Source: an uncultured Gammaproteobacteria bacterium (GTDB lineage Bacteria; Patescibacteriota; Patescibacteriia; Magasanikbacterales; GWA2-37-8). Taken from it: a DNA stretch of 64,000 bases. The stretch covers positions 9,671 through 73,670 of the forward strand of contig CAYXJO010000004.1 of NCBI GenBank assembly GCA_964465205.1, in the 5' to 3' direction. Positions 47,004-56,077 of the stretch are shown here, in pieces (positions within the stretch are counted from its first letter, which is position 1; each line of letters opens with the position of its first letter). The notes beneath the pieces are model-generated. The model saw only the letters and a program-made list of their open reading frames with translations. It had not been told where the DNA came from and did not search any database. The position numbers and the translations under genes are program-made.

Positions 47004-47246
47004 TCACTCCTTTCTGTCCTCGGCGATGCCGAGGTGTTTCATAATCTTTTTCTGGTTGGTGAGAATCTGATCCACCCACATGAAGATACATGCCGTAGCC
47101 AGAATGGCTACGAAGCCGATGTAGTGGAGCGTCGCCAGAATCTCTGGCGAAGTTACGTCGGCCTTAGGAAGGAGCGTCTTGAACACGCCGGTGATCAAAA
47201 TCCAAACCGCCGCGCCGAAGAAACCAATCCTTAATGACGTTGCCAT
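47004..47246 (-). CDS. Small 2-TM membrane protein (80 aa), GC-rich islet
   Basis: Hydrophobic helices. A 3-nt gap separates it from the downstream small gene. Confidence 0.5.
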   Translation of the reverse strand: MATSLRIGFFGAAVWILITGVFKTLLPKADVTSPEILATLHYIGFVAILATACIFMWVDQILTNQKKIMKHLGIAEDRKE

Positions 47247-47289
47247 GTCTTCCTCCTGCCCCGTGCATTTATTGTTTAAGGTGCTCTAG

Positions 47290-47365
47290 CTCACGCTAGC
47301 CAATTACAATAGCACAAAATCACCCACTTGTCAAGACCCTCCAATTAACGTAAAATATAGGCATA
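47290..47365 (+). promoter_or_regulatory. Consensus sigma70 promoter cassette C (-35 TTGTCA 47328-47333, -10 TAAAAT 47351-47356), driving murF
   Basis: Shares CAATTACAATAGCACAAAAT...TTGTCAA-N17-TAAAAT with cassettes A and B. Confidence 0.55.
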
Positions 47366-47385
47366 AATAGCCTATTTTAATATTT

Positions 47386-48681
47386 ATGTTACGCACCATT
47401 CTTTTGTACATTTTGCGCGTTCTCTCGCAAAAAATTATTCGCAAATACAACCCCGATGTAGTGGGTATCACTGGCTCGGTAGGCAAGACTTCGGCCAAAG
47501 AAGCGGTCGCGGCTGTACTTGGTTCCAAATTCAATGTCCGTTGGAATCACAAAAATTACAATAATGAGATTGGTTTACCGCTCACGATTATCGGTATCGA
47601 CCACACCCCGGGCCATTCTATTTTTGGTTGGCTCGCAGTTTTTGGCAAAGCACTCCATTTGCTATTCGTGCGTACCAAAGACTATCCAGAAGTTTTAGTT
47701 TTGGAAATGGGCGCAGATAAACCCGGCGATATTAAATACTTGACCGATATCGCTCCGTGCAAAGTTGGCGTACTCACCGCCATCGCACATGCGCATACCG
47801 AGTATTTTAAAACACTCAAAAAAATTGCACAGGAAAAAAGGGTAATTATCTCACATCTAAAAAATGATGATTTTGCGATTCTTAATTTCGATTATGATCT
47901 CGTGATGGAAAATCGCGACAAAACCGTGGCCGAAGTGGTAACGTATGGGTTCAAGGATGGTGCCGATTTGCGCGCTAGCGATATCAATTTGCTCACAGAT
48001 GAAAAATCAGATTGGCCAACGGGTTTGAATTTTAAAGTTTCATACAAAGGTAATATCGTGCCAGCCTTTTTGCCGGGGGTGGTGGCAGAGCATCTCATTT
48101 ATGCGCCGCTTGCCGGTATGGCAGTGGGGCTTGTGTTTGGTATCAATCTGGTGGACGCGATTGAGGCAATAAAAAATATCAAGCCTCTCTCTGGACATAT
48201 GCGCTTGGTGCCGGGGATTAAAGGTTCGATGATAATCGACGATACATATAATTCCAGTCCCGAAGCAACTAAATCGGCTTTATATACTTTATCCAAAATT
48301 GTTACTCGCCCAGGCGCGGAAAAATACGCGGTACTCGCGGATATGCTTGAGCTCGGCAGTGAGACAGAGAATACTCACAGAGAAGTGGGTATGAAAGTAG
48401 CTGAGATGGGGGTGGATTATTTGGTCACAGTCGGCGAGGCGTCCAAAGTTACTGCACAGGCGGCCCAAGATTATGGAATGGACGCGAGTCATGTGATTAA
48501 ATTTGCGAGCGCACTTGAAGCTGGTAAGTTTTTACAAGAAAAAATAAAAGCGAGTGATTTGGTGCTCATCAAAGGTTCGCAGAGTATGCGTATGGAGCGT
48601 GCGGTAAAAGAAATTATGGCAGATCCTTTGCACGTGGAGGAATTGCTGGTGCGACAGGGGAGCGAATGGGCGGGGAGATAG
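47386..48681 (+). CDS. murF: Mur ligase, MurF-like (UDP-MurNAc-tripeptide--D-Ala-D-Ala ligase)
   Basis: P-loop GITGSVGKTS and Mur ligase middle and C-terminal domains. 431 aa. Confidence 0.65.
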   Translation: MLRTILLYILRVLSQKIIRKYNPDVVGITGSVGKTSAKEAVAAVLGSKFNVRWNHKNYNNEIGLPLTIIGIDHTPGHSIFGWLAVFGKALHLLFVRTKDYPEVLVLEMGADKPGDIKYLTDIAPCKVGVLTAIAHAHTEYFKTLKKIAQEKRVIISHLKNDDFAILNFDYDLVMENRDKTVAEVVTYGFKDGADLRASDINLLTDEKSDWPTGLNFKVSYKGNIVPAFLPGVVAEHLIYAPLAGMAVGLVFGINLVDAIEAIKNIKPLSGHMRLVPGIKGSMIIDDTYNSSPEATKSALYTLSKIVTRPGAEKYAVLADMLELGSETENTHREVGMKVAEMGVDYLVTVGEASKVTAQAAQDYGMDASHVIKFASALEAGKFLQEKIKASDLVLIKGSQSMRMERAVKEIMADPLHVEELLVRQGSEWAGR

Positions 48682-48685
48682 AGCT

Positions 48686-48724
48686 TATAAAAAAAGCGCG
48701 GTCAAACCGCGCGTCGAGTTTTTT
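48686..48724. terminator. Bidirectional intrinsic terminator
   Basis: GCGCGGT-CAAA-ACCGCGC flanked by an A-run and a T-run. Confidence 0.6.
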
Positions 48725-48998
48725 ATCCACACTTAATATCGCTGTATGCAATGAATGTTATCGCTGCTCCAAACGCTATACCGATAGCTATAGCTACCAG
48801 GTATTTTTCTGAGGAGTATCTGTGTCGTGCGCGTGTTTTTTCGTTAAAGTATAATATTCCTACGGTTATTATACCAAGGAATATCAACATCATGCAAAAT
48901 ATTTCCGAAGCAACGAATGCCTCCATGAAATACTTCGCACCAATTCCGGCTATTGTTGCCGACGCCACAGGTCCAATCGTGTTAATTATTTTTTTCAT
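48723..48998 (-). CDS. Small membrane protein (91 aa)
   Basis: Three hydrophobic helices. Confidence 0.4.
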   Translation of the reverse strand: MKKIINTIGPVASATIAGIGAKYFMEAFVASEIFCMMLIFLGIITVGILYFNEKTRARHRYSSEKYLVAIAIGIAFGAAITFIAYSDIKCG

Positions 48999-49152
48999 TA
49001 TAACCTTCCGTTTTCTTATTTGGTAGTAACATGTTTAGATTATGTCATGGAAATTTTTAAAAGTGCCTTAATCAAAGTAGCACCAAATCGACAGCCTGTC
49101 AATATTTTAGATCAAAAAATCTCATACATCATTTACAGCCTACCTTTTAATT

Positions 49153-49653
49153 ATGATCTTACTTGTATATTCTATCATCGGCGTAATTTTTGCCATTGTC
49201 CTTATTTCTACCATTATTGGCATCCCGTGCCTACCTACCCACCGTAAACAGGCGCGCAAGATGATCGAGCTCGCGGAAATAAAACCGGGCGACAAAGTGA
49301 TTGATTTAGGTGCCGGGCATGGCCGACTTTTATTTTTGGCCGCGCAAAAGGGCGCTCACGCCGTCGGATACGAACTCAACCCAGTTTTGGTTGCGTGGAT
49401 TTGGATAAAATCGCAGATTATCAAAACGCCTGGCATGGTAGAAATAAAAATGCGTTCATTATTTACTGCCGATGTACGCTCGGCAGATACAGTATTTTGT
49501 TTTTTATTTCCGGGGTATATGGACAAGTTGGAAGAAAAATTATTTTCCCAAATGAAGCCGGGTACGAAGATTGTTGCGTATGTTTTCCCTTTTCCTAACA
49601 AAAAATATACTCACAAAGAAGAAGGGTGTTTTGTGTATAAAATTTATAAATAA
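49153..49653 (+). CDS. Class I SAM-dependent methyltransferase with an N-terminal TM helix
   Basis: Motif I VIDLGAGHGRL. Acidic motif II region. Confidence 0.65.
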   Translation: MILLVYSIIGVIFAIVLISTIIGIPCLPTHRKQARKMIELAEIKPGDKVIDLGAGHGRLLFLAAQKGAHAVGYELNPVLVAWIWIKSQIIKTPGMVEIKMRSLFTADVRSADTVFCFLFPGYMDKLEEKLFSQMKPGTKIVAYVFPFPNKKYTHKEEGCFVYKIYK

Positions 49654-49703
49654 AAAACCGGAGGCGACGCACGCCTCCGGGAGCGGAAACTTCTATGGTG
49701 GGT

Positions 49704-49871
49704 TCAGGCCACGATACCCAATCGCCGGTACTCGGCGACCAGTGCATCGGTTTCTTCCCGCCCCTTGCCGCGCACTTTGCACTCTACGCGAATATTATAC
49801 TCGCTCTGGTAAAAATACGCCGTCCGGGCGTATCCATACCAGTGGAAGAGTGCTACAACCACGCCAATCAT
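49704..49871 (-). CDS. Possible unannotated small membrane protein (55 aa) in a GC-rich patch, followed by a strong hairpin
   Basis: Translation MIGVVVALFHWYGYARTAYFYQSEYNIRVECKVRGKGREETDALVAEYRRLGIVA. Hairpin CCGGAGGCG-ACGCA-CGCCTCCGG at 49658-49680, with a T-run on the minus strand. No clear RBS. Confidence 0.3.
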   Translation of the reverse strand: MIGVVVALFHWYGYARTAYFYQSEYNIRVECKVRGKGREETDALVAEYRRLGIVA

Positions 49872-49960
49872 AATCAAAAAACAGAAATTCGTGAGTTTTT
49901 GTTTAATGATAAATAAAAAAACGGCAAGCTTAGAGCTGCCGCTATATTTTTATAATTATA

Positions 49961-50359
49961 TTACCAGATTGACTTTTGGATCAATTTATCACCATGCTTG
50001 GTCAAAACTTCTGTTATGTTTTTACTCCCGTAATCCATTATTTTCAATTGCCCATCGGCAAGAGTAAAATTACTGGGATTGACCATGTGGTGGTGATCTA
50101 TCAATATGTCATTTCCAAGTAAACTACTCATTATTTTGGCAAATTGTTTTATTTCTGTACGATACGGTTTGCCGTATTTCTGGATGTTAATTAGTCCAAA
50201 GGCGGATATGATGGTGGGTTGTAGGAATGGGTGTTTTGTTTTGCGAAATAATTTGTATTCTCGCCAATTGTTAATAATCCCGGCAAATAATTTACCACGT
50301 ATGGTCGTGGGATTATCTGCCGAAAAAGACAACTTATATTTGAGTAAAATTATCCCCAA
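49961..50359 (-). CDS. Hypothetical protein (132 aa). Weak resemblance to a kinase-like C-lobe (LIDHHHMVNPSNF...IMDYG).
   Basis: ORF with host codon usage. The motif resemblance is weak. Confidence 0.35.
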   Translation of the reverse strand: MGIILLKYKLSFSADNPTTIRGKLFAGIINNWREYKLFRKTKHPFLQPTIISAFGLINIQKYGKPYRTEIKQFAKIMSSLLGNDILIDHHHMVNPSNFTLADGQLKIMDYGSKNITEVLTKHGDKLIQKSIW

Positions 50360-50539
50360 ATGTAAGTTCTTTTTTTATAGCGAAACACTACTTGCCATAC
50401 ACTGCACAATGCTTGTATACAGTGAATTTTTGGGATTTTTATTACGATCCCAAACAATGGCAAGGCCACCACTATTCTAGTACTGCCTTGGTATATTTCC
50501 ATGATTCCCCCTTTGATTTAAAAGTGCGTTTCAAAATTG

Positions 50540-50611
50540 TAGCTCGTAGGGGAATCGAACCCCTATTTCCGCCGTGAGAGGGCAGCGTCCTAGCCGTTAG
50601 ACGAACGAGCC
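50540..50611 (-). tRNA. tRNA-Glu (anticodon CUC), CCA not encoded
   Basis: Manual fold: acceptor GGCTCGT/ACGAGCT (G1-U72), D-arm GTCT-AACGGCTA-GGAC, anticodon arm CTGCC-CTCTCAC-GGCGG with U33 and A37, T-arm AGGGG-TTCGATT-CCCCT, discriminator A. Confidence 0.75.
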
Positions 50612-50702
50612 GTGATGCGGAGTATGATAACATAAATTGATCCAAAAGTCAATCATTTGTTTATTTACAAAAGACATAAAAGGCGCTAAAATAGAGCTTG
50701 AT

Positions 50703-51821
50703 ATGAAAAAAACTCTCCTTATTACCCTTGAGTATCCGCCGCAAATCGGTGGCATCGCCAGTTATGTATATAATTTAGCCCTACATCTGCCTTCTGAGCA
50801 GGCGGTAGTTTGTGCGCCCAAACAAAAAGGCGACACTGAGTTTGATCAAAAAAATCCTTGGAAAACTTATCGGGTCAGGCCGTTCTGCGCCCTGTTTTGG
50901 CCGCGCTGGGTGCGTCTTTTGTGGCATGTGTGGCGTATAGTCAGAAAAGAAAAAATTGAGCAATTATATATTCACCATACTTTGCCGGTAGGCTATGTTG
51001 CTAAAATTATCAAACAATTATTCAAAATCAACTATACTTTATTTATTCACGGCACTGATTTGCATGTGGGTACACGTAATTGGTGGAAACGTCGTCAGTT
51101 TCGCAAAGTTTGTCTGTCGGCTGAAACCATAATAGTGAATAGTGAATTTTTAAAAAATAAATTATTAGCAAAATTTGAACAGCTATCCAATGTTATCGTT
51201 CTCAACCCCTGTCCATCTGATATTTTTTTAACATCTCAACCTCACGACAAATTATCGCACTTGCGTTCGCAGTTGGCAGTGGGTGGTAAACGGGTTATGG
51301 TAGCTGTAGGCCGTTTGGTAGATGGTAAGGGGTATCCGCATTTGATCAATGCTTTATCAGAAATTGTCGCGCAAGTACCAAACGCGTTACTGCTTTTAAT
51401 TGGCGATGGTCCCAAACGTGATGAATTAATGCGTATGGTACAAAAAAATAATTTACAAAATTCAGTACGTTTTTTGGGTAATGTTCCGCACACAGAATTG
51501 TCGGCGTATTACCAGATTTCAGATTTGTTTGTTTTGCTCACTCATCCGGATGAGAATACCGAAGAGGGTTGGGGTACGGCATTTTTGGAAGCAGCCGCCT
51601 CGGGTTTGCCGGCCGTGGCCGGACGGGCTGGTGGGGTAGAGGAGGCGGTAGAAAATTTGGTCACCGGAATCGTAGTGGATGTCGCCAAGCCGGAATTAAT
51701 AATTAAAAATATTGTTGAATTATTGAAAAATATTGATTATACCCATCAGCTGGGTATGGCTGCGCGCGAACGAGTGATGCGAGAGTTTCGTTGGGATAAA
51801 CAAGTGGCAAAATTATTATAG
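50703..51821 (+). CDS. Glycosyltransferase family 4
   Basis: MKKTLLITLEYPPQIGGIASY N-terminus. C-terminal AGRAGGVEEAVEN (EX7E). Confidence 0.8.
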   Translation: MKKTLLITLEYPPQIGGIASYVYNLALHLPSEQAVVCAPKQKGDTEFDQKNPWKTYRVRPFCALFWPRWVRLLWHVWRIVRKEKIEQLYIHHTLPVGYVAKIIKQLFKINYTLFIHGTDLHVGTRNWWKRRQFRKVCLSAETIIVNSEFLKNKLLAKFEQLSNVIVLNPCPSDIFLTSQPHDKLSHLRSQLAVGGKRVMVAVGRLVDGKGYPHLINALSEIVAQVPNALLLLIGDGPKRDELMRMVQKNNLQNSVRFLGNVPHTELSAYYQISDLFVLLTHPDENTEEGWGTAFLEAAASGLPAVAGRAGGVEEAVENLVTGIVVDVAKPELIIKNIVELLKNIDYTHQLGMAARERVMREFRWDKQVAKLL

Positions 51822-51831
51822 TATACTGTTT

Positions 51832-52560
51832 ATGATTAGCGTAGTTATTCCTGTTTATAATCACGCCCACACTCTAAAAAAGTGTATCTTGGGTTTGGTG
51901 AATCAAACTTATCGACTGTTAGAAATAATTATTGTAAACGATGGTAGTACGGATGATTTTTTGCGCACGGCATCCACGGTCGAAGGTATTTTGAAAACTC
52001 AAAACATTGAATATAAAATTATCAATCAAAAAAATGCCGGCGCACCGGCTGCGCGCAATCGCGGTTGGCGTGAATCAAAAGGGGATTATGTGATATTTTA
52101 TGATGCCGATATTATTGCCCAGCCAATAATGTTACAAAAAATGCATGATGCGCTCACACACAATCCAACAGTTTCATATAGTTATAGTCAGTTTCGTTTT
52201 GGTTGGAAAAAAATAAAAGCCCAAGAATTTGATGCTGATGATTTGCGCCAAAATAATTACGTAAATACAGTTTCGTTAATCCGGCGGAGCGCGCTAGTAG
52301 AAGTATTTGGTAGTAATAATCCGTGGGATGAAAACTTGAAACGTTTTCAAGATTGGGATTTGTTTTTGACGCTTTTAGAAAATAACAAAACCGGCGTTTT
52401 TGTGCCGGAAGTATTGTATGGCGTGCGGGTGAGTGGACGAATAGGTATTAGTAGCTGGTTGCCTAGCTTCATATATCGTTTGCCGTGGAAGACGACCCAA
52501 GTAAAAAAATACGAAGCAGCACGAGAGATTATTGCACGCAAACACGGATTGAAATTTTAA
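51832..52560 (+). CDS. Glycosyltransferase family 2
   Basis: ISVVIPVYNHAHTL, DGSTDD and YDADI (DxD). Confidence 0.8.
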   Translation: MISVVIPVYNHAHTLKKCILGLVNQTYRLLEIIIVNDGSTDDFLRTASTVEGILKTQNIEYKIINQKNAGAPAARNRGWRESKGDYVIFYDADIIAQPIMLQKMHDALTHNPTVSYSYSQFRFGWKKIKAQEFDADDLRQNNYVNTVSLIRRSALVEVFGSNNPWDENLKRFQDWDLFLTLLENNKTGVFVPEVLYGVRVSGRIGISSWLPSFIYRLPWKTTQVKKYEAAREIIARKHGLKF

Positions 52561-54401
52561 ACCTGATCCGCGATTTTTATAAAGAAGGCTCTATCTTTTG
52601 GGTGATTGAGAAGTTTGACAACTTCTTCTTTTTTTACCCAACGCGCTTCGGGATTTTCGGGATCCAGAGGACAAAGCTGTCCGGTGCCGCGTGCTAGGAA
52701 AAAGCTGATTTGTTTGTGGATATAGAGATTGTATGGTGGAATATATGTTAGTCGTTCGTAATCCCCAAGAAATTTGGTGATTTGCAAGTTTTCGGGTGCG
52801 ATGCCTGTTTCTTCGTATATCTCTCTTTTGGCCGCCACGCTTACATCTTCATTCGGCTCCACATTGCCTTTGGGAAATGTCCAGGTGTGCGATTTGAGAT
52901 TTGACACCATTGCAATCTCGTTTTGTTTGTTCACTACTATACCACCGGTGCTATGTGAAAAATACCAGCCAATTGGCGAGATGATTATTATTAGCCACAC
53001 CATACCGATGACGTGGGTTAGGGCCGGCGAAGTGATATTAATAATTAAAAAACAAAATAAAGTTGCCAAAAAAATTCTGCGCGCGTCTCCGACTTTGTTT
53101 TTAAATATATTGAATATTAAATATCCGATAAAATACAACCAAGCTACCAACCCTAGTAGTCCCAACTCCGCGGCGATTTCAAAATATCCCCAATCAAAAT
53201 GTGGAGTGGTAATTGTTTTTTTCAAAATCGGACTATAGATAGTCACAGTATCTCCCAAACCGGTGCCAAAAAACGGGGTATATTTAATTTTTTCCCAGAT
53301 CGCCGGTAAAATAAGCAATCGCGACAAGCCACTATCATCCAGTTGAGGTGCGGAAATGGCTTGAGTACGTAATCCGAGTAGCTCCCATCCCGCACTGTGC
53401 CCGCGACTGGCAAATAGATGTGTGCTAGAAAAAATAACTACAAAAGTGACAATAACTCCGGCACCATACATCAGCAGACGTTGCCAGTTATCACGACGCA
53501 CCAGTAATAATAAGCCACCTGCAATACCCAACATATAGGCGCGAGTAAGACTAAGCGACAAGACCGCTAAAAGTAAAATTGCGAGAACGACAAATATATT
53601 TTTATGCGGCGCGGCTGGTATTTTTCTGCTATCGGGCCCACGATCTGTTTGTGGGGCGGTTTGGCGACCGATAAAATATACCAACAACGGCGACAGTAAT
53701 AAGTGCTCGTTTAATACTACGCGATAAAAGTTTTGAGTTAAATCGGTAATTTTACCACCGGCCACATCGCGAAACCAGTGATAAAAATTATCTTGCAAAG
53801 TAAATATTCCGGAAGAAAAACCACTAAAAGTAAAAAACGCAAAAGTTACATTCCCAATAATACCGGCTACAAATAAATTGAATAGGGTAGAGCGAAATGG
53901 TTTGTTGGTCCAAAAATGGAGTAAGGGGAAGGTGTATAATAAAAATACGTATGGTAAACCGTCGGCAAATATCAGTTTTATATCGTGTCCGTTCAGGTAG
54001 CCGTTAATCGCCCCAAACTCAGCAATCATTAGTAATAGTAAAATCGGCGCGGCCATTTGGCGTATGAGAAAATAAAGTTCTTGTTGAATAAACCTGTCAC
54101 GAATAATTTGAAAAGTAAAAATTATTAGGGAACCAAATAATAACCAAGTACGCAGTGCTATTCCACCTAGTGCTAGATATCCACCGGCACCACCCAGGAT
54201 AATCTCCCCGGCGATGATGGCCCAGCCGCGCCAATCTTGCTTAAATATCAAATAGATCGTACCGACGAAAATCAGCGTGGTGATAATTTGATTCACAATA
54301 CTGGCAACTTGTAGTGGTGTGTCTGGGCCAAAAAAATACGCGAACACGCGTAAAACAAAATATCCTATAATAAAACCAGTCAGTTGTTTTTTGTTTAGCA
54401 T
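52557..54401 (-). CDS. Fusion protein: O-antigen-ligase-like (Wzy_C) polytopic membrane domain plus a C-terminal NUDIX hydrolase domain
   Basis: About 12 TM helices with PHFDWGYFEIAAELGLLG. The C-terminus has the Nudix box KGNVEPNEDVSVAAKREIYEETGI. Confidence 0.65.
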   Translation of the reverse strand: MLNKKQLTGFIIGYFVLRVFAYFFGPDTPLQVASIVNQIITTLIFVGTIYLIFKQDWRGWAIIAGEIILGGAGGYLALGGIALRTWLLFGSLIIFTFQIIRDRFIQQELYFLIRQMAAPILLLLMIAEFGAINGYLNGHDIKLIFADGLPYVFLLYTFPLLHFWTNKPFRSTLFNLFVAGIIGNVTFAFFTFSGFSSGIFTLQDNFYHWFRDVAGGKITDLTQNFYRVVLNEHLLLSPLLVYFIGRQTAPQTDRGPDSRKIPAAPHKNIFVVLAILLLAVLSLSLTRAYMLGIAGGLLLLVRRDNWQRLLMYGAGVIVTFVVIFSSTHLFASRGHSAGWELLGLRTQAISAPQLDDSGLSRLLILPAIWEKIKYTPFFGTGLGDTVTIYSPILKKTITTPHFDWGYFEIAAELGLLGLVAWLYFIGYLIFNIFKNKVGDARRIFLATLFCFLIINITSPALTHVIGMVWLIIIISPIGWYFSHSTGGIVVNKQNEIAMVSNLKSHTWTFPKGNVEPNEDVSVAAKREIYEETGIAPENLQITKFLGDYERLTYIPPYNLYIHKQISFFLARGTGQLCPLDPENPEARWVKKEEVVKLLNHPKDRAFFIKIADQV

Positions 54402-55300
54402 AATAGCGTGCGGTAGCCATTCAGAAATATGGTGGCACCCATGGCTTTTTTACCTTCTAGCTGCAAATTCAATACCTCGATTGCTCCATTTTTGCAGCCG
54501 AAAAATATTTTTTCATTTTCGATTTCTATTTTTCCCGGGGCCACATTACGATCGACCGGTTGGATGGTGATGAATTTTATTCTTTTGCCGCTTAGTTCTG
54601 TCCAAATTCCCGGCCAAGGAGTAAGTGCTCGATACAAATTGTATATCTGAGTGACGGTTTGTTCGGTGAAGTTTATTTTGCCATCATTGCGAGATAGTGG
54701 TTTGCAGTAAGTGGCTTCGTTTTCGTTTTGAGATACGGGTTGAATATTCCCAACGACCCACTTTGGGGCCGTGTCTAGAAGGGTAAAAATAGCCTTTTCC
54801 AGCAGTTTTTGGGCCAAAGTGGTGTGATTATCGGTATCTTCTATTGTGACCTTTTCTTGGTTCAAAATAGGACCATGGTCCATTTTTTCGTCCATAAGCA
54901 TAATCGTCACCCCGGTTTCTGTGTCGCCATTTATAATTGCCGTCTGAATAGGGGCCGCTCCGCGATATTTCGGCAATAGGGAAGTGTGTACATTGATAGA
55001 TTGGAATTTGGCCCCATCTAAAATATTTTTGGGTATAATAAACCCGTATTGACACACAATGTTCAAATCAACGGCGTAAGGTTGAAAATCAAAATTTTTT
55101 AGTGTGGTAGGTTGTAGAATATTCAAATTCAATTTCTGTGCCAAAATTTTTACCGGCGGAGACTGAAGTTCCTGGTGTCGACCGACGGGTTTGTCGGGCG
55201 CGGAAAAAACATTTTTTATTTCAAAAAGGCCGCTATTATGTAGAGCCTGTAGAATGCCGGCGGCAAAATCGTGTGTACCAAAGAAATTAATTGAGATCAT
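54395..55300 (-). CDS. fmt: Methionyl-tRNA formyltransferase
   Basis: MISINFFGTHDFAAGILQAL formyl-transferase N-domain and the Fmt C-terminal domain. Adjacent to def. Confidence 0.85.
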   Translation of the reverse strand: MISINFFGTHDFAAGILQALHNSGLFEIKNVFSAPDKPVGRHQELQSPPVKILAQKLNLNILQPTTLKNFDFQPYAVDLNIVCQYGFIIPKNILDGAKFQSINVHTSLLPKYRGAAPIQTAIINGDTETGVTIMLMDEKMDHGPILNQEKVTIEDTDNHTTLAQKLLEKAIFTLLDTAPKWVVGNIQPVSQNENEATYCKPLSRNDGKINFTEQTVTQIYNLYRALTPWPGIWTELSGKRIKFITIQPVDRNVAPGKIEIENEKIFFGCKNGAIEVLNLQLEGKKAMGATIFLNGYRTLLC

Positions 55301-55302
55301 AA

Positions 55303-55788
55303 TTATGAGTTTTTGTCTTCACGGCGAATATTCTTGGCTTTTTCAATAAATAATATGCCATTAATATGGTCTACTTCATGTTGTACTATGCGCGCAAAAT
55401 AATTTTCGGCATTAAACGTAATCGTTTGCCCCAATTCGTTCATGGCTTTGACCGCGATTTTTTTGTATCGCTTTACGTCGCCCCATACTCCGGGCACCGA
55501 CAAGCAACCTTCGGTATCGGAAGTTTTTATGATGCTTTTTTTCTCCCACACCGGATTGATCAATACCAAATCTTGATCTGTGCCAGCGTATTGTTTTGCA
55601 ATCACACACAGGGCAAGGGACTCGGACACTTGCGGGGCGGCGATACCTACGCCATCTTTGGCGTACATAGTTTCGGTCATGTCGGCGATTAATTTTTTGA
55701 TTTTATTGGATTGCAAATCAGCCACGGTTATTTCCGCGCCTTTTTTATGCAGAATTGGATTGGGTTCGGTAGTCACCGATAGTATCAT
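55303..55788 (-). CDS. def: Peptide deformylase
   Basis: GVGIAAPQV, EGCLSVPG and HEVDHING motifs. Confidence 0.85.
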   Translation of the reverse strand: MILSVTTEPNPILHKKGAEITVADLQSNKIKKLIADMTETMYAKDGVGIAAPQVSESLALCVIAKQYAGTDQDLVLINPVWEKKSIIKTSDTEGCLSVPGVWGDVKRYKKIAVKAMNELGQTITFNAENYFARIVQHEVDHINGILFIEKAKNIRREDKNS

Positions 55789-55798
55789 AATCCTGTAA

Positions 55799-56059
55799 TT
55801 ATTTTTCTTGTACTTTATTTTTGCTTGTCCGCCACAGGAATAATTTGGCCGGAGAAGACGCTTGGCTTTCGTTAATTTCGGAAAAAATTCTACGCGCCTC
55901 GGCCGTGCCGATACGTTTGATTATTCCCAAATACATGCCAAATTTTTTGCGTTCCCCAAAAGAGGACGATATCACATCGGCCCAGTAGTGGGCTTCAGAG
56001 TGAATATTCTTATTAGCAGTTTTTTGCTCTTTTGTCAAGATGTTTTTAATATCATCCAT
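55799..56059 (-). CDS. Small hypothetical protein (86 aa)
   Basis: ORF with host codon usage, co-oriented in the def-fmt block. Confidence 0.4.
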   Translation of the reverse strand: MDDIKNILTKEQKTANKNIHSEAHYWADVISSSFGERKKFGMYLGIIKRIGTAEARRIFSEINESQASSPAKLFLWRTSKNKVQEK

Positions 56060-56077
56060 AATCAGTGAAGTGCTAAT

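Noticed and set aside
49961-50359. Calling this 132-aa protein a protein kinase
   Set aside because: Only a loose resemblance (DHHHMVNPSNF ... DYG) to kinase catalytic-loop or DFG motifs. The HxD catalytic Asp is not in register and there is no N-lobe. It is left as hypothetical.
50106-50577. Plus-strand ORFs overlapping the kinase-like gene and the tRNA (124 aa, 61 aa)
   Set aside because: They overlap the tRNA-Glu and an oppositely oriented ORF, and they have no RBS.
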